A stretch of DNA of 63,338 nt, counting the filler, from Actinomycetota bacterium (GTDB taxonomy: Bacteria > Actinomycetota > Actinomycetes > JAKEEW01): the NCBI GenBank assembly GCA_046725875.1. It is 6 parts of 6 records of this genome, joined end to end, with 100 filler letters (N's around TTAATTAATTAA, not from the genome) between each part and the next. Parts side by side here need not be neighbours in the genome. Positions count along the whole stretch, not along the records: positions 16,607 to 27,171 come from JBKOZJ010000143.1; positions 27,272 to 36,254 come from JBKOZJ010000144.1; 4 more parts are not named here. The stretch is one strand, 5' to 3'. The notes below the pieces were generated by a model. That model had not been told where the DNA came from and ran no database searches. It saw only the letters and a list, made by a program, of their open reading frames with translations. This document shows, piece after piece, positions 20,969-31,508 of the stretch. A program made the translations under genes and the position numbers. Positions within the stretch are counted from its first letter, which is position 1. The number at the start of each line of letters is the position of its first letter.

Positions 20969-21439
20969 TCAGACGGCTGGATCGGGTTGTCCCGGATGCC
21001 ATAGAGGGCGCAGCCCAGCAGCCAGGTTCTCGTACCTTGTGATCTCTTCGCCGTTGAAGGCGCCGACGATCTCGGTCTCGATGTCGAGTGTTCCGACCAC
21101 GTGCCCGTTGATTATCACCGGGATGATCAGCTCAGAGCCCGAGTCAGCCTGGTTGAGGAGGTAGCGCGGGTCGTGTTCCACATCGTTGCTCACGGCGATG
21201 GACTGCGTTCGTAAGGCGTGTCCAGTCAGCCCCTCGGTAGCGGGAAACACCGGATGCGCTGGCTTGCCGGATCCGCTCCACGCCTCGTTGGTCACCGTCC
21301 CGTTGGCGACGGTGTAGATGCCGACCCAGCGCGCCTTGGTCGCGCCGCGGATCTCCGCTGCGCCCAACTGAGCGCGGACCGACCTCGGCTGGTTGGCCGT
21401 CACAATCTCGGCAAGGCGGGGAGGTACCCCCTCGTCCAT
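20969..21439 (-). CDS. Stand-alone GAF-domain protein
   Basis: WVGIY, EGLTG, NDVEHDPRYL, SELIIPV..VVGTLDIE. Confidence 0.82.
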   Translation of the reverse strand: MDEGVPPRLAEIVTANQPRSVRAQLGAAEIRGATKARWVGIYTVANGTVTNEAWSGSGKPAHPVFPATEGLTGHALRTQSIAVSNDVEHDPRYLLNQADSGSELIIPVIINGHVVGTLDIETEIVGAFNGEEITRYENLAAGLRPLWHPGQPDPAV

Positions 21440-21646
21440 GAGTGACAAGGCTACGACGAGACACCACCCCCTCGAAGGACGCGAGGCCGATGAGTTTCGC
21501 CGGCTCCGGGAGTCTGGCTTGGAGGACCTACGCCGGGAGGATGTCGTGACCATGGAGTGCAGATCCCGCATTATGGGGCGCCGGCGGGTGGGGGCGTGAC
21601 CGCGGCCGAGCATGGACTGTCTGCGCGCAGCGCTACGGTGCCGGAT

Positions 21647-22447
21647 ATGCAGCTCGCGATTGAGGTCGAGCGCCTCGTCAAGCAGTACCGCGGCCGTTCC
21701 GGAACGGTGGACGCGGTGCGTGGCGTGGATTTGAGAGTTCGTGTCGGGGAGGTCTTCGGGTTTTTGGGACCGAACGGCGCTGGCAAGTCGACGACCGTTC
21801 GGATGCTGACGACGCTGCTGTCGATCACGTCTGGCACGGCACGCGTTGCGGGCGTCGACGTGACCGCCGACCCGGATGCCACCCGCCGGCGGATCGGCGT
21901 CGCTCTCCAGGAGGCCGGGCTCGACCCACGCCAGACCGGGCGCGAGCTGCTGATCCTGCAGGCGCGCCTGTTCGGCGCATCGGCAGCGCAGGCAGGCCGG
22001 CGGGCTGCGGACTTGCTCAAGCTGGTCGACCTGGCCGAGGCGGGCGACCGGCTAGTCAAGGGCTACTCCGGCGGGATGAAGCGCCGCCTTGACCTCGCGT
22101 CGGCGCTCGTCCACGAGCCGGATGTGCTGTTCCTCGACGAGCCGACGACGGGCCTCGATCCCGTTAGCCGGCTCGCTGTGTGGGAGGAGCTGCGGCGGAT
22201 CAATGCGCGCGGGACCACGATCTTCCTCACGACTCAATATCTCGAGGAGGCCGACCAACTCTGCGACCGGCTCGCGATCATCGACGGAGGGCTCATTGTC
22301 CGGGAGGGGACACCGCAGCAGTTGAAGGCCGAGCTGCGGCAGCGCCGCGGTCTGGACGTGGACCCGACGTTGGACGAGGTCTTCCTGGACGCGACCGGGC
22401 GGACCCGGGAACGGGTCGCCGGTGAGGTCCAGGAGGTGTCGGCGTGA
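21647..22447 (+). CDS. ABC-2 exporter ATP-binding subunit (DrrA-like)
   Basis: GPNGAGKST, YSGGMKRRLDLA, FLDEPTTGLD. Confidence 0.93.
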   Translation: MQLAIEVERLVKQYRGRSGTVDAVRGVDLRVRVGEVFGFLGPNGAGKSTTVRMLTTLLSITSGTARVAGVDVTADPDATRRRIGVALQEAGLDPRQTGRELLILQARLFGASAAQAGRRAADLLKLVDLAEAGDRLVKGYSGGMKRRLDLASALVHEPDVLFLDEPTTGLDPVSRLAVWEELRRINARGTTIFLTTQYLEEADQLCDRLAIIDGGLIVREGTPQQLKAELRQRRGLDVDPTLDEVFLDATGRTRERVAGEVQEVSA

Positions 22448-23208
22448 GCGCGCTCCAGCAGGCGAACGTCCTGGGCGGCCGGGCGCTCCGGGAGGCGCTG
22501 CGCACACCGGAGGCATTGGCTCCAACGCTGTTCATCCCGGTGTTCTTCTTGATCGTCAACTTCGGTCAGGCCGGCAAGATCTTCCCATCCGATTCGACGG
22601 GGTTCCTGCACGGCCAGACCTACGCCGCCTTCCAGCTGCCAATCTCCCTGCTGCTGGCGGCCTCGTTCGGGACAGCGGCGCTCTACCTCGTCGAGGACAT
22701 CGAGGGCGGCTATTTCGACAAGCTGCGGGCGGCGCCGGTGGCGCGCACTTCCCTTGTGACCGGGCGCCTGCTCGCCGAGGGTGTGAAGAGCGTGGTCATC
22801 ACGGCGATCCTGGTGGTCATCGCGCTACCGCTCGGAGTGTCGATCGCTAGTGGGCCGGTCGGGTTCGTTTTGCTGCTCGTTCTGACCTCCCTGTGGGCGG
22901 TCGTTTACTCGGGCTTCATGCAGCTCATCGCGCTGAAGACGCGCAGCGCGGCCGCAACCAACTCCGGCGGGCTGGTGTTCTTCCCGCTGCTGTTCCTAAC
23001 CCCGAACTTCGTCCCGCGCGACATGCTGACCCGACCGATGGAGATTGCGGCAACGCTCAACCCGGTGACCTACGTGATGGAGGCGCTGCGCTCACTGATC
23101 CTCGAGGATCTCTCCTGGACCCCACTTGCTCGCGGGTTCGGCGTTGTCGCAGTGCTCGGTGTGCTGATGGTTGCCCTCAGCGTGCGGGTTATCCGCAACT
23201 ATGACTGA
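22444..23208 (+). CDS. ABC-2 exporter permease (DrrB-like)
   Basis: Multiple TM helices, LNPVTYVMEALR; GTGA overlap with the ATPase gene. Confidence 0.9.
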   Translation: MSALQQANVLGGRALREALRTPEALAPTLFIPVFFLIVNFGQAGKIFPSDSTGFLHGQTYAAFQLPISLLLAASFGTAALYLVEDIEGGYFDKLRAAPVARTSLVTGRLLAEGVKSVVITAILVVIALPLGVSIASGPVGFVLLLVLTSLWAVVYSGFMQLIALKTRSAAATNSGGLVFFPLLFLTPNFVPRDMLTRPMEIAATLNPVTYVMEALRSLILEDLSWTPLARGFGVVAVLGVLMVALSVRVIRNYD

Positions 23209-23250
23209 CCCGGCCGGCGTGCAGGCTTGGCCAACCGTCGACCTTCTCGC

Positions 23251-23350
23251 TCAGCGGACGGCGGGCAGGCTCACGTCGAGCCAGACCAGCCGATGGTCCG
23301 AGCTCGGGAACGGGAACACGCCCGTTAGCCGGGACAGCGCGTCAGTTACC
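23251..23350 (-). pseudogene. C-terminal remnant of an endonuclease/exonuclease/phosphatase family gene
   Basis: DALSRLTGVFPFPSSDHRLVWLDVSL (SDH motif) with no intact upstream body. Confidence 0.6.
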
Positions 23351-23483
23351 GGGGTTGTTCTGCTGGTCGCAGCCGCATTCGATGCGGTAGTGCGATGACG
23401 TTTCAGAGCCGGCTGACGCAGGCCGGGTTCCTCCCCCCGCGCGGCTGTCGAGCAGGAGAGTGTACGAGCGGGAAGATTGGCGG

Positions 23484-24056
23484 ATGGGGCAGGTGGTCCA
23501 GGTCCGCCACGGCGAGACCGCGTGGAGCCGAGCGCGCCGGCACACATCGTTCACCAATCTCCCGCTAACTGCGGTCGGCGAGGAGCAGGCCAAAGCGCTG
23601 GCCAGTGCACTGGCGGATTGGACCTTCGCAGCGGTGCTCTGCAGCCCGCGCGAGCGCGCCCGGCGCACGGCGGAGCTAGCAGGCTTGCGGATTACCGATT
23701 TCGATGACGATCTTGCCGAGTGGAACTACGGCGAGTACGAGGGCTTGACCACCGAGGAGATCCGTCGTGCGCGTCCAGGCTGGATGCTCTGGACGGACGG
23801 ATGCCCGGACGGCGAATCCCCGACCCAGGTGGGCGCGCGCATGGACCGCCTCTTGACCCGGGTGCGTCCGCTCCTCGCCAACGGCGATGTGGCGCTCGTC
23901 GGCCACGGGCACTCGTTGCGGGTGGTGGGTGCCCGCTGGATCGGACTGCCGGCAGCAAACGGCCAACTGCTGCGGCTGGACACGGGAACTGTGTGCACAT
24001 TGGGTTTCGAGCACGAGTGGGGGGTCATCTCCCGGTGGAACGCGCCGGTCGGCTGA
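23484..24056 (+). CDS. Histidine phosphatase (phosphoglycerate mutase family)
   Basis: RHGETAWS, SPRERARRTA, EWNYGEYEG, VGHGH. Confidence 0.92.
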   Translation: MGQVVQVRHGETAWSRARRHTSFTNLPLTAVGEEQAKALASALADWTFAAVLCSPRERARRTAELAGLRITDFDDDLAEWNYGEYEGLTTEEIRRARPGWMLWTDGCPDGESPTQVGARMDRLLTRVRPLLANGDVALVGHGHSLRVVGARWIGLPAANGQLLRLDTGTVCTLGFEHEWGVISRWNAPVG

Positions 24057-24207
24057 TCGGCCGTCCGCGCTCAACCTCCGAACCTTCCCGAGGACCGATC
24101 AAGGCACCGCAGGAGACTCCGGCACCACGAGTGACGCAGACGTCTCCTACATCGTTAGGAGCCGGTCCACCACGACTGCGCCACCCAGCGGCTCACCATT
24201 GGATGCG

Positions 24208-24233
24208 GTCACCGCTCCACCGTGAGCGGTGAC
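24208..24233. terminator. Perfect 10-bp hairpin between convergent genes
   Basis: GTCACCGCTC-CACCGT-GAGCGGTGAC. Confidence 0.45.
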
Positions 24234-24301
24234 GCACTGGAGGGCTGTTCGCCCGGGTGCGTGCGCTCGGGGGAGCGCGGGCAGATGCCGACTCGCCAGC
24301 T

Positions 24302-25525
24302 TCAGGAGCGGTCCGATAGCGCAGACTTATCTAGCAGAGATCGATAGATCTCGGCCGTCTCCTCCGCCACGCTGGCCCACGAGAAGTAGCGCACGGCGCG
24401 CTCCCGGCCCGCTCGGCCGTAGGCAGCCGCCCTGGCCGGATCTGCCAGCATCTCATTGATCGCGGCAGCCAGGTCCGAGATGAACCGGTGCGCGTCCACC
24501 GGAGTGCCGGTGCCGTCGGACACTTGGTCAATGGGCACGAGCAGACCCGTCTCGCCGTGCGCAACCACCTCGGGAATGCCGCCCGTCGCCGTCGCCACGA
24601 CGGCTGTCTCGCATGCCATCGCCTCCAAGTTGACGATGCCCATCGGTTCGTACACAGATGGGCACACGAAGACCGTGCTGTGCGTGAGCGCCTGGATGAC
24701 CTCCGCCTTGGGCAGCATCTCCTGTACCCACACCACGTGCTCGCGCGTCCCGCCCAGCTCGTTGGCCAGCTGTTCAACCTCGGCGCCGATCTCAGGGGTG
24801 TCCGGCGCGCCGGCGAGCAGCACGAGCTGGGTCTGCGGCGGCAGGCTGTGCGCGGCCCGCAGCAGGTACGGCAGTCCCTTCTGCCGAGTGATCCGGCCGA
24901 CGAAGGTGACAGTAGGCAGATCGGTCCGGATACCCAGCCGTTCGAGCACGTCCGTGCCGTGGTCCGGTGCGTACTCTGCCGGGTCGATGCCGTTGTGGAC
25001 CACCCGCACCCGGAACGGCTCCACCGCCGGATACGCCTCGAGCACGTCCCGCCGCATCGTCTGGGACACCGCGATCACAACGTCGGCTGCCTCGATCGCG
25101 ACCCGCTCGCACCAGGATGAAAGCGCATACCCGCCGCCGAGCTGCTCGGCCTTCCAGGGCCGCAGCGGCTCCAGGCTGTGCGTGGTCATGACGTGGGGGA
25201 CTCGGTAGAGCAGCTTCGCCAGGTGCCCGGCAAGGTTGGCGTACCAGGTGTGGCTGTGTACGACGCCCGCGCCGGCGCATCCAGCCGCCATCACGAGGTC
25301 GACACCCATCGTCCGCAGCGCGGCATTTGCGTCCGCCAGCTCGGGCGGGTCGGCGTACGCCGTCACCCCCGGATCGGACCGTGGGGCACCGAAGCAATGC
25401 ACTCGGACATCCGCCAGGCGGCCCAGCTCGCGCGCCAGGTATTCGACGTGCACGCCGGCGCCGCCGTACACGTCCGGCGGGTACTCCCGGGTGAGCAGGT
25501 CGACGCGCGGGCGCGGCGACGTCAT
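24302..25525 (-). CDS. glgM: Alpha-maltose-1-phosphate synthase GlgM (often annotated glgA), GT4
   Basis: TREYPPDVYGGAGVHV, HSHTWY, VGRITRQKG, YEPMGIVNLEAMAC; divergent from glgC. Confidence 0.92.
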   Translation of the reverse strand: MTSPRPRVDLLTREYPPDVYGGAGVHVEYLARELGRLADVRVHCFGAPRSDPGVTAYADPPELADANAALRTMGVDLVMAAGCAGAGVVHSHTWYANLAGHLAKLLYRVPHVMTTHSLEPLRPWKAEQLGGGYALSSWCERVAIEAADVVIAVSQTMRRDVLEAYPAVEPFRVRVVHNGIDPAEYAPDHGTDVLERLGIRTDLPTVTFVGRITRQKGLPYLLRAAHSLPPQTQLVLLAGAPDTPEIGAEVEQLANELGGTREHVVWVQEMLPKAEVIQALTHSTVFVCPSVYEPMGIVNLEAMACETAVVATATGGIPEVVAHGETGLLVPIDQVSDGTGTPVDAHRFISDLAAAINEMLADPARAAAYGRAGRERAVRYFSWASVAEETAEIYRSLLDKSALSDRS

Positions 25526-25590
25526 TCGCGCCACGATAGTGCTGCCGCACCCCCTGGCGCCTGGTCCGTCGGCTCGTTAACGTCCGTGAC

Positions 25591-26826
25591 ATGACCGCCA
25601 AGGTCCTCTCGATCGTTCTGGCGGGCGGAGAGGGCAAGCGCCTCATGCCGTTGACCGCGGATCGCGCGAAGCCCGCCGTGCCCTTCGGCGGTCTGTACCG
25701 CATCATCGACTTCGTCCTGTCGAATCTTGCGAATGCCAGCTATCTCAAGATCGTTGTGCTGACACAGTACAAGTCCCATTCGCTCGATCGCCACGTGACC
25801 AAGACCTGGCGGATGTCCACCCTGCTCGGCAATTACGTCACGCCAGTGCCGGCCCAGCAGCGCCTCGGCCCGCGCTGGTACGCCGGCTCCGCGGACGCGA
25901 TCTACCAGAGCCTCAACCTCGTCTACGACGAAAATCCCGACTACATCGTCGTGTTCGGCGCGGACCATATCTATCGCATGGACCCGGCTCAAATGATCGC
26001 GCAGCACATCGAGTCTGGGGCCGGCGTGACCGTTGCCGGTATTCGCCAACCCAGACTCACGGCGGGCCAGTTCGGCGTCATCGAGGTGGACGCGGAGGAC
26101 CAACAGCGGATCAGCGCCTTCCGGGAGAAGCCGCCGGGGGCGAAGGGGTTGCCCGACTCCCCGGACGAGATCTTCGTGTCGATGGGCAACTACGTGTTCA
26201 CCACCAAAACCCTGTGCGACGCCGTCATCCGCGACGCGAAGGACCCGGCGAGCCGGCACGACATGGGCGGCGACATCATTCCCGCCTTGGTCGAGCGCGG
26301 CGAGGCGCAGGTATACGACTTCCGGGACAACGAGGTCCCGGGCAGCACCGAACGCGACCGGGGCTACTGGCGGGACGTCGGCACGCTGGATGCGTACTAC
26401 GACGCCAGCATGGACCTCATCTCGATCCACCCCGTTTTCAACCTTTACAACGAGCTCTGGCCCATCTACACCGACCATCCGCCTTACCCGCCGGCCAAGT
26501 TCGTGCACGACGAGGGCGAGCGGATCGGGCGTGCGGTCGGCTCGATGGTCTCGCCGGGCGCCGTCATCTCCGGCGCTCTCGTCGAGAACTCGATCGTCTC
26601 GCCCCGCGTCCGCGTGCACTCCTGGGCACATGTAAGCGGCTCGGTCCTGATGGACGGCACCGACATCGGCCAGCACACGGTCGTCCGGAACGCGATCCTG
26701 GACAAGAACGTGGTGGTACCCGAAGGCGCGGAAATCGGGGTGGACCTGGAGCGCGACCGCGCCCGGTTCACCGTCACGGAGAACGGCGTGGTCGTTATCG
26801 GGAAGGGTGTCCGGGTCGAGAGGTGA
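25591..26826 (+). CDS. glgC: Glucose-1-phosphate adenylyltransferase
   Basis: [43 protein letters not shown]. Confidence 0.97.
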   Translation: MTAKVLSIVLAGGEGKRLMPLTADRAKPAVPFGGLYRIIDFVLSNLANASYLKIVVLTQYKSHSLDRHVTKTWRMSTLLGNYVTPVPAQQRLGPRWYAGSADAIYQSLNLVYDENPDYIVVFGADHIYRMDPAQMIAQHIESGAGVTVAGIRQPRLTAGQFGVIEVDAEDQQRISAFREKPPGAKGLPDSPDEIFVSMGNYVFTTKTLCDAVIRDAKDPASRHDMGGDIIPALVERGEAQVYDFRDNEVPGSTERDRGYWRDVGTLDAYYDASMDLISIHPVFNLYNELWPIYTDHPPYPPAKFVHDEGERIGRAVGSMVSPGAVISGALVENSIVSPRVRVHSWAHVSGSVLMDGTDIGQHTVVRNAILDKNVVVPEGAEIGVDLERDRARFTVTENGVVVIGKGVRVER

Positions 26827-26840
26827 CGCTGAGGACGGAA

Positions 26841-27171
26841 ATGGCAGCACAAGATCCGGCGGTGCCCGAGCGGGCCGGGCAACCCGCCGAACCCGGCGAC
26901 CTTGTCGACGTGGCCGAGCTACTCGCCGCGTATTACAGCCGGCACCCAGAGGTCGATCTCCCCGACCAGCGAGTCGCGTTCGGGACTTCCGGTCACCGCG
27001 GCTCGAGCCTGCGTACGTCGTTCAACGAGGACCACATTGCCGCGATAAGCCAGGCCATCTGCGACCACCGGCGCGAGCAAGGGATCACCGGGCCGACGTT
27101 CCTCGGTCGGGACCCGCATGCGTTGTCCGAACCGGCGGCGCAGACCGCGCTCGAAGTCTTCGCCGGGAACG
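26841..27171 (+). CDS. pgm: Phosphoglucomutase, 3'-truncated by contig end
   Basis: RAGQPA, VAFGTSGHRGSS, FNEDHI, HALSEPA. Confidence 0.92.
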
Positions 27172-27271
27172 NNNNNNNNNNNNNNNNNNNNNNNNNNNNN
27201 NNNNNNNNNNNNNNNTTAATTAATTAANNNNNNNNNNNNNNNNNNNNNNNNNNNNNNNNNNNNNNNNNNNN
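27172..27271. other. Artificial contig spacer
   Basis: N-run with TTAATTAATTAA. Confidence 0.99.
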
Positions 27272-28666
27272 CGCGTTGCGGAACGCTTCCAGAACGCGCT
27301 CGATATCGTGCTCGCTCGTCTGCCAGTTGGACACCGACAGGCGGATGGCCCGTCGACCGTCAACGAGCGTTCCGCTCATCCACGCCTCACCGCTGTCGAC
27401 GACGTGGCGGAGGATGCGGTCAGTGGTCGCGTCGTCGTCGAACCGGAAGAGCACCTGGTTGAGTACGACGTCGTTCAGGACTTGGCAGCCGGGGATGGTG
27501 GTAAGGCCCATGGCGAACGTGCGGGCGTGCGCGCAGGTCCGCTCCACCAGTTCTGCCACGCCCTGTTGTCCAAGAGACCGCAGCGCCGCATAGACGGCGA
27601 ACGCCCGGGCCCGTCGCGAGAATCCGGGAGTCCAGTCCATTGCGTCTCGTGGCTGTCCGGGACCGCCCTGAATCAGATAGTCGGCCGCGGCGGTCATCGC
27701 GGCCCGATGGGAGCTCGGGTGGGCACAAAAGGCCATGCCGGAGTCGTACGGGACGTTCAGCCACTTGTGTGCGTCCAATGCCCACGAGTCCGCGCGATCC
27801 GCGCCGGCGACGAGATGGCGAAGGGCTGGACTGGCGGCGGCCCACAGCCCGAACGCGCCATCGATGTGCATCCACGCCCCTGCTTCGGCTGCCGCATCGG
27901 CAATCGCATCGAGGTCGTCGAAGGCACCCGTGTTGACCTCGCCAGCTTGCGCACAGATGATCGCCGGTGCGGTCCGGGCGGCGAGTTCCGCGCGGAGGCG
28001 GGGGACCTGGATTCGGCCGGCCCCGTCGACGGGCACGACGGTCACCGCGGCCCGACCGATCCCGAGGAACCGCAGTGCGCGGTCGATGCTCACGTGGCGG
28101 CGTTCGCCCAGCAGGACCTGCATCGGCGGGGATCCGCGCAGCCCTCGTTCTTCGACGTCCCAGCCGACCGCCTGCAGAATGTGATGCCGGGCTGCGGCCA
28201 GGCAGGTGAAGTGTGCCATCTGACAACCGGTTACGAACGCGTACGACGCGTGCTGCGGCAGCCCGAGCAGCTGCTGCAACCACGCCCCCGCAACTTCCTC
28301 GACAACAGACGCGGCCGGGCCGCACGCGTAGAAGCCGGGGCACTGGTCCCAGGCCGAGGTTAGCCAGTCGGCGGCCACGGCGGCCGGAAGTCCTCCGCCG
28401 ATCACGAACCCGAAGTAGCGACCAGAGGGGATCGCGACCAGGCCCGGCTCGGCCGCCCGAGCCAGCTCCTCCACCACGGCAAGCGGATCGTCCGGGCTAA
28501 CCGGCAGCGGGCCGCCGAGCCTCGAACGCAACTGGTCGACGGTTGCTGATTCGCCGACCGGTCGCCGGTCCAGTGATCGCAGCCAGTCGGCCGCGATTTC
28601 CGCCGTGCGAGTGAACAAATCGCTCGATACGGCGGCCGGCGGGCGGGACTTTTCCGTGACCTGCAT
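27272..28666 (-). CDS. Group II PLP-dependent (aromatic/glutamate-type) decarboxylase, stop lost at contig end
   Basis: HIDGAFG, DAHKWLNVPYDSG (PLP Lys); ATG after GGGAGG. Confidence 0.9.
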
Positions 28667-28765
28667 CTGCGACCTCCCGACGCTTCCATGGCGGTCCTTG
28701 ACCGGGACGCTACGTGCGGCGGCAGGTTCGGTCTTGTACAAAGTTGTGCTGGTTACGCTGGTCGG

Positions 28766-29617
28766 GTGGCCACAGCCCCAGGCCCTTCCGAGAATCCGCA
28801 ACGTGTGCGGATGTGGCGCACGGGCGACCTGGGCGGCCTGGAGCTGCTGCGGGCCACTGTCAGCGGGTTCGCGTTCCACCCGCACGCACACGAGGAGTTC
28901 TTCATCGCCCTCACCGAGGACGGTCTCGTGACTCCCACGTACCGGGGAGTCAGACATGTGATCGGCCCCGGTGACCTAATCGTGCTCAACCCCGAAGAGC
29001 CGCACGCCGGCGGTCCACCGGCGGCCGCGAAGTGGACGTACCGGGCCCTCTACCCGCATCCGGATCTCATGCGAGCGGTCATGGCAGAGTTTCCTGGGAG
29101 CGGGCCCACGATCCCAATGTTCAGCGGCGATGTCGTACGTGACCCGCAGATCGCAACAGCTTTCCGCCGTTTCCACCAGCTCGCCGAGCACCCCCAATCC
29201 GTCCTGCTGGAACAGCACGCGCATCTCATCGAGTGCCTCGTCTTGCTGGTCGGTCGCCACGCCGGAGCACCACGTGCGCCCAGACCGCCCGGTCACGAAC
29301 CCAGCGCCGTCCGACTCACTAAGGAATACCTGCAGGACCACGCGGCCGAGAACGTAGGTCTGAAGGCCGTGGCACAGTACGTCGGGCTCAGTGCATTCCA
29401 CCTGTGTCGTGTCTTCGGGCGGACAGTGGGAATGACACCCCACGCCTACCAGACGCACGTTCGGGTACGGCATGCGAAATCCCTGCTACGAGCGGGACAG
29501 CCGATCACCACGGTCGCCGTCCAGACCGGCTTCTACGACCAGGCCCACCTCACCCGGCATTTCAAACGGATCGTCGGTCTGCCTCCCGGCCGTTATATCA
29601 GGGACGCCGCCACCTGA
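28766..29617 (+). CDS. AraC-family regulator
   Basis: FHPHAHEEF, LNPEEPHAG, GFYDQAHLTRHFKRIVG.PGRY; start uncertain. Confidence 0.92.
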   Translation: MATAPGPSENPQRVRMWRTGDLGGLELLRATVSGFAFHPHAHEEFFIALTEDGLVTPTYRGVRHVIGPGDLIVLNPEEPHAGGPPAAAKWTYRALYPHPDLMRAVMAEFPGSGPTIPMFSGDVVRDPQIATAFRRFHQLAEHPQSVLLEQHAHLIECLVLLVGRHAGAPRAPRPPGHEPSAVRLTKEYLQDHAAENVGLKAVAQYVGLSAFHLCRVFGRTVGMTPHAYQTHVRVRHAKSLLRAGQPITTVAVQTGFYDQAHLTRHFKRIVGLPPGRYIRDAAT

Positions 29618-29710
29618 CCTCTCAGGCACCTGGGTCACCGCGACCCGGGCCGAGGACTTGGCTCCCTCCGCCGTTGCCACCTGAGTTGATCATCCCTATT
29701 GTTCGCCGGC

Positions 29711-30499
29711 ATGACGGATCTCTTCGACGCCGCGGCCATGTACGACGAGGACTACCTGCACTTCTTTGCCGCCCCCAGCGCCTCGGCCGAGTTCGCAAGC
29801 CATGGACCTGCCATCCCGGGCGTCGATACCTCAGTTGAGGCCGCGGCGGATCTCGTATGGCGCTTGCTCGATCTGCGACCAAACATGCCCGTGCTGGACC
29901 TGGCCTGCGGGCACGGCGACCTGGCCAACTGCTTGGCTGCGCGCGGTTGCCGGGTCACCGGTCTGGACTCGTCGACGGTCTTCCTGGATCGGGCCCGCTC
30001 CGACGCTGCCGCCGCCGGCGTCAGCGTCGAGTATGTGGCCGGTGATATGCGGCAATTGCCCTGGACAGGTCGCTTCGACCGAGTGATCAACTGGTCCACA
30101 GCGTTCGGGTACTTCGACGACACCACGAATCGCGCCGTGGTCGACGGGATCGTTCGCGTCCTGCGACCGGGCGGTCGACTGGCCATGGATCTCGACAACC
30201 TGACGTCGTTTCTTGCCACGTACAGTCCCTCGCGCGTCGTGGCGGTGCGAGAAGGCGGCGACATGCTCGTCGATCGCTACCACCTGGACGCGTTGACCGC
30301 CCGGTTCGAGGCGGAGCGGACGGTCATCCGCAGCGGCCGAGTCCGCCGGGTCAACTTCGTCAAGCGGTTGTTCGGCTTTCCGGAGCTGCGGGACTGGCTG
30401 CTCGCTGCGCGATTTGCTGCGGTGGCTGGCTTCGGCGAGGACGGCCGGCCGCTGACCGCCGACCACAAGCGCATGATCATCATCGCAGACCTGCCCTAG
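29711..30499 (+). CDS. Class I SAM-dependent methyltransferase
   Basis: VLDLACGHG, GDMRQLP, TAFGYF, LRPGG. Confidence 0.9.
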   Translation: MTDLFDAAAMYDEDYLHFFAAPSASAEFASHGPAIPGVDTSVEAAADLVWRLLDLRPNMPVLDLACGHGDLANCLAARGCRVTGLDSSTVFLDRARSDAAAAGVSVEYVAGDMRQLPWTGRFDRVINWSTAFGYFDDTTNRAVVDGIVRVLRPGGRLAMDLDNLTSFLATYSPSRVVAVREGGDMLVDRYHLDALTARFEAERTVIRSGRVRRVNFVKRLFGFPELRDWLLAARFAAVAGFGEDGRPLTADHKRMIIIADLP

Positions 30500-30664
30500 G
30501 AGCCGACCGAGGCTCACATCTCAACGGCAGCCAGCTCCCGCTTCCCCGGGCGGATCGACCGCCATCGTAGGAACGCAGATGGCAATCGGATCGGTCGCGG
30601 GTGGCGCTGCTGTCTGGAAGGCTGGGAGCAGTGACCTTGTCGGCGGCAAGCAGGAAACGGATCA

Positions 30665-31468
30665 ATGGCGACGTCGGGATATGCCCCCGTGAACGGCCTG
30701 GACATGTACTACGAGGTCCACGGCAGCGGCCAGCCGCTCGTGCTCCTGCATGGGGCGTTCTCGGCCATCGGCACCTCGTTCGGGAAGGTGCTGCCGGAGC
30801 TGGCCAAGTCGCGGCAGGTGATCGGCTTGGAGATGCAGGCGCATGGGCATACCGCGGATATTGATCGCCCGTTGTCCCTCGAACAGATGGCGGACGACAC
30901 CGTAGCCGCACTCCAACACCTCGAAATCGAGCAAGCGGACGTCTTCGGATACAGCACGGGTGCTGCCGTCGCCCTGCGGGTTGCGATCCGGAATCCGGAT
31001 GTTGTACGCAAGCTCGTGGTCGCGTCCGTGACATACACCATGAGTGGCGTCCATCCCGGCCTCATCGAGGGATTGGGGAACATGACGCCGGAGATGATGT
31101 ACGGGTCACCTTGGCACGAGGAGTACCTGCGGATCGCCCCGCACCCGGAGGACTTCCCCATCCTGTTCGAGAAGAAGACGCAGATGGATCAGGCAATCCA
31201 GGACTTGCCGGCCGAGGCCATCTCCGCGATCAAGGCACCCGTGTTGCTCATCATCGGAGACTCCGACCTTGTCCGGCCGGAGCATGCTGTCGAGATGTTT
31301 CGGCTGCTTGGCGGCGGCGTCTTCGGTGACACGCCCGCCGGGCTGCCTACCTCCCAGCTTTCCATCCTGCCCGGAACGTCTCACGTGATGGTCACCGAGC
31401 GCGTCGACCTGCTGCTCTCGATCATCCCACCGTTTCTGGACGCGCCGATACCAGAGGATGGCGCTTAG
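30665..31468 (+). CDS. Alpha/beta hydrolase
   Basis: LVLLHGA, QAHGHT, GYSTG. Confidence 0.9.
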   Translation: MATSGYAPVNGLDMYYEVHGSGQPLVLLHGAFSAIGTSFGKVLPELAKSRQVIGLEMQAHGHTADIDRPLSLEQMADDTVAALQHLEIEQADVFGYSTGAAVALRVAIRNPDVVRKLVVASVTYTMSGVHPGLIEGLGNMTPEMMYGSPWHEEYLRIAPHPEDFPILFEKKTQMDQAIQDLPAEAISAIKAPVLLIIGDSDLVRPEHAVEMFRLLGGGVFGDTPAGLPTSQLSILPGTSHVMVTERVDLLLSIIPPFLDAPIPEDGA

Positions 31469-31508
31469 CAGCCTCTGGCGAGCCAATCCCAGATGTCGCC
31501 ACGGCTGG

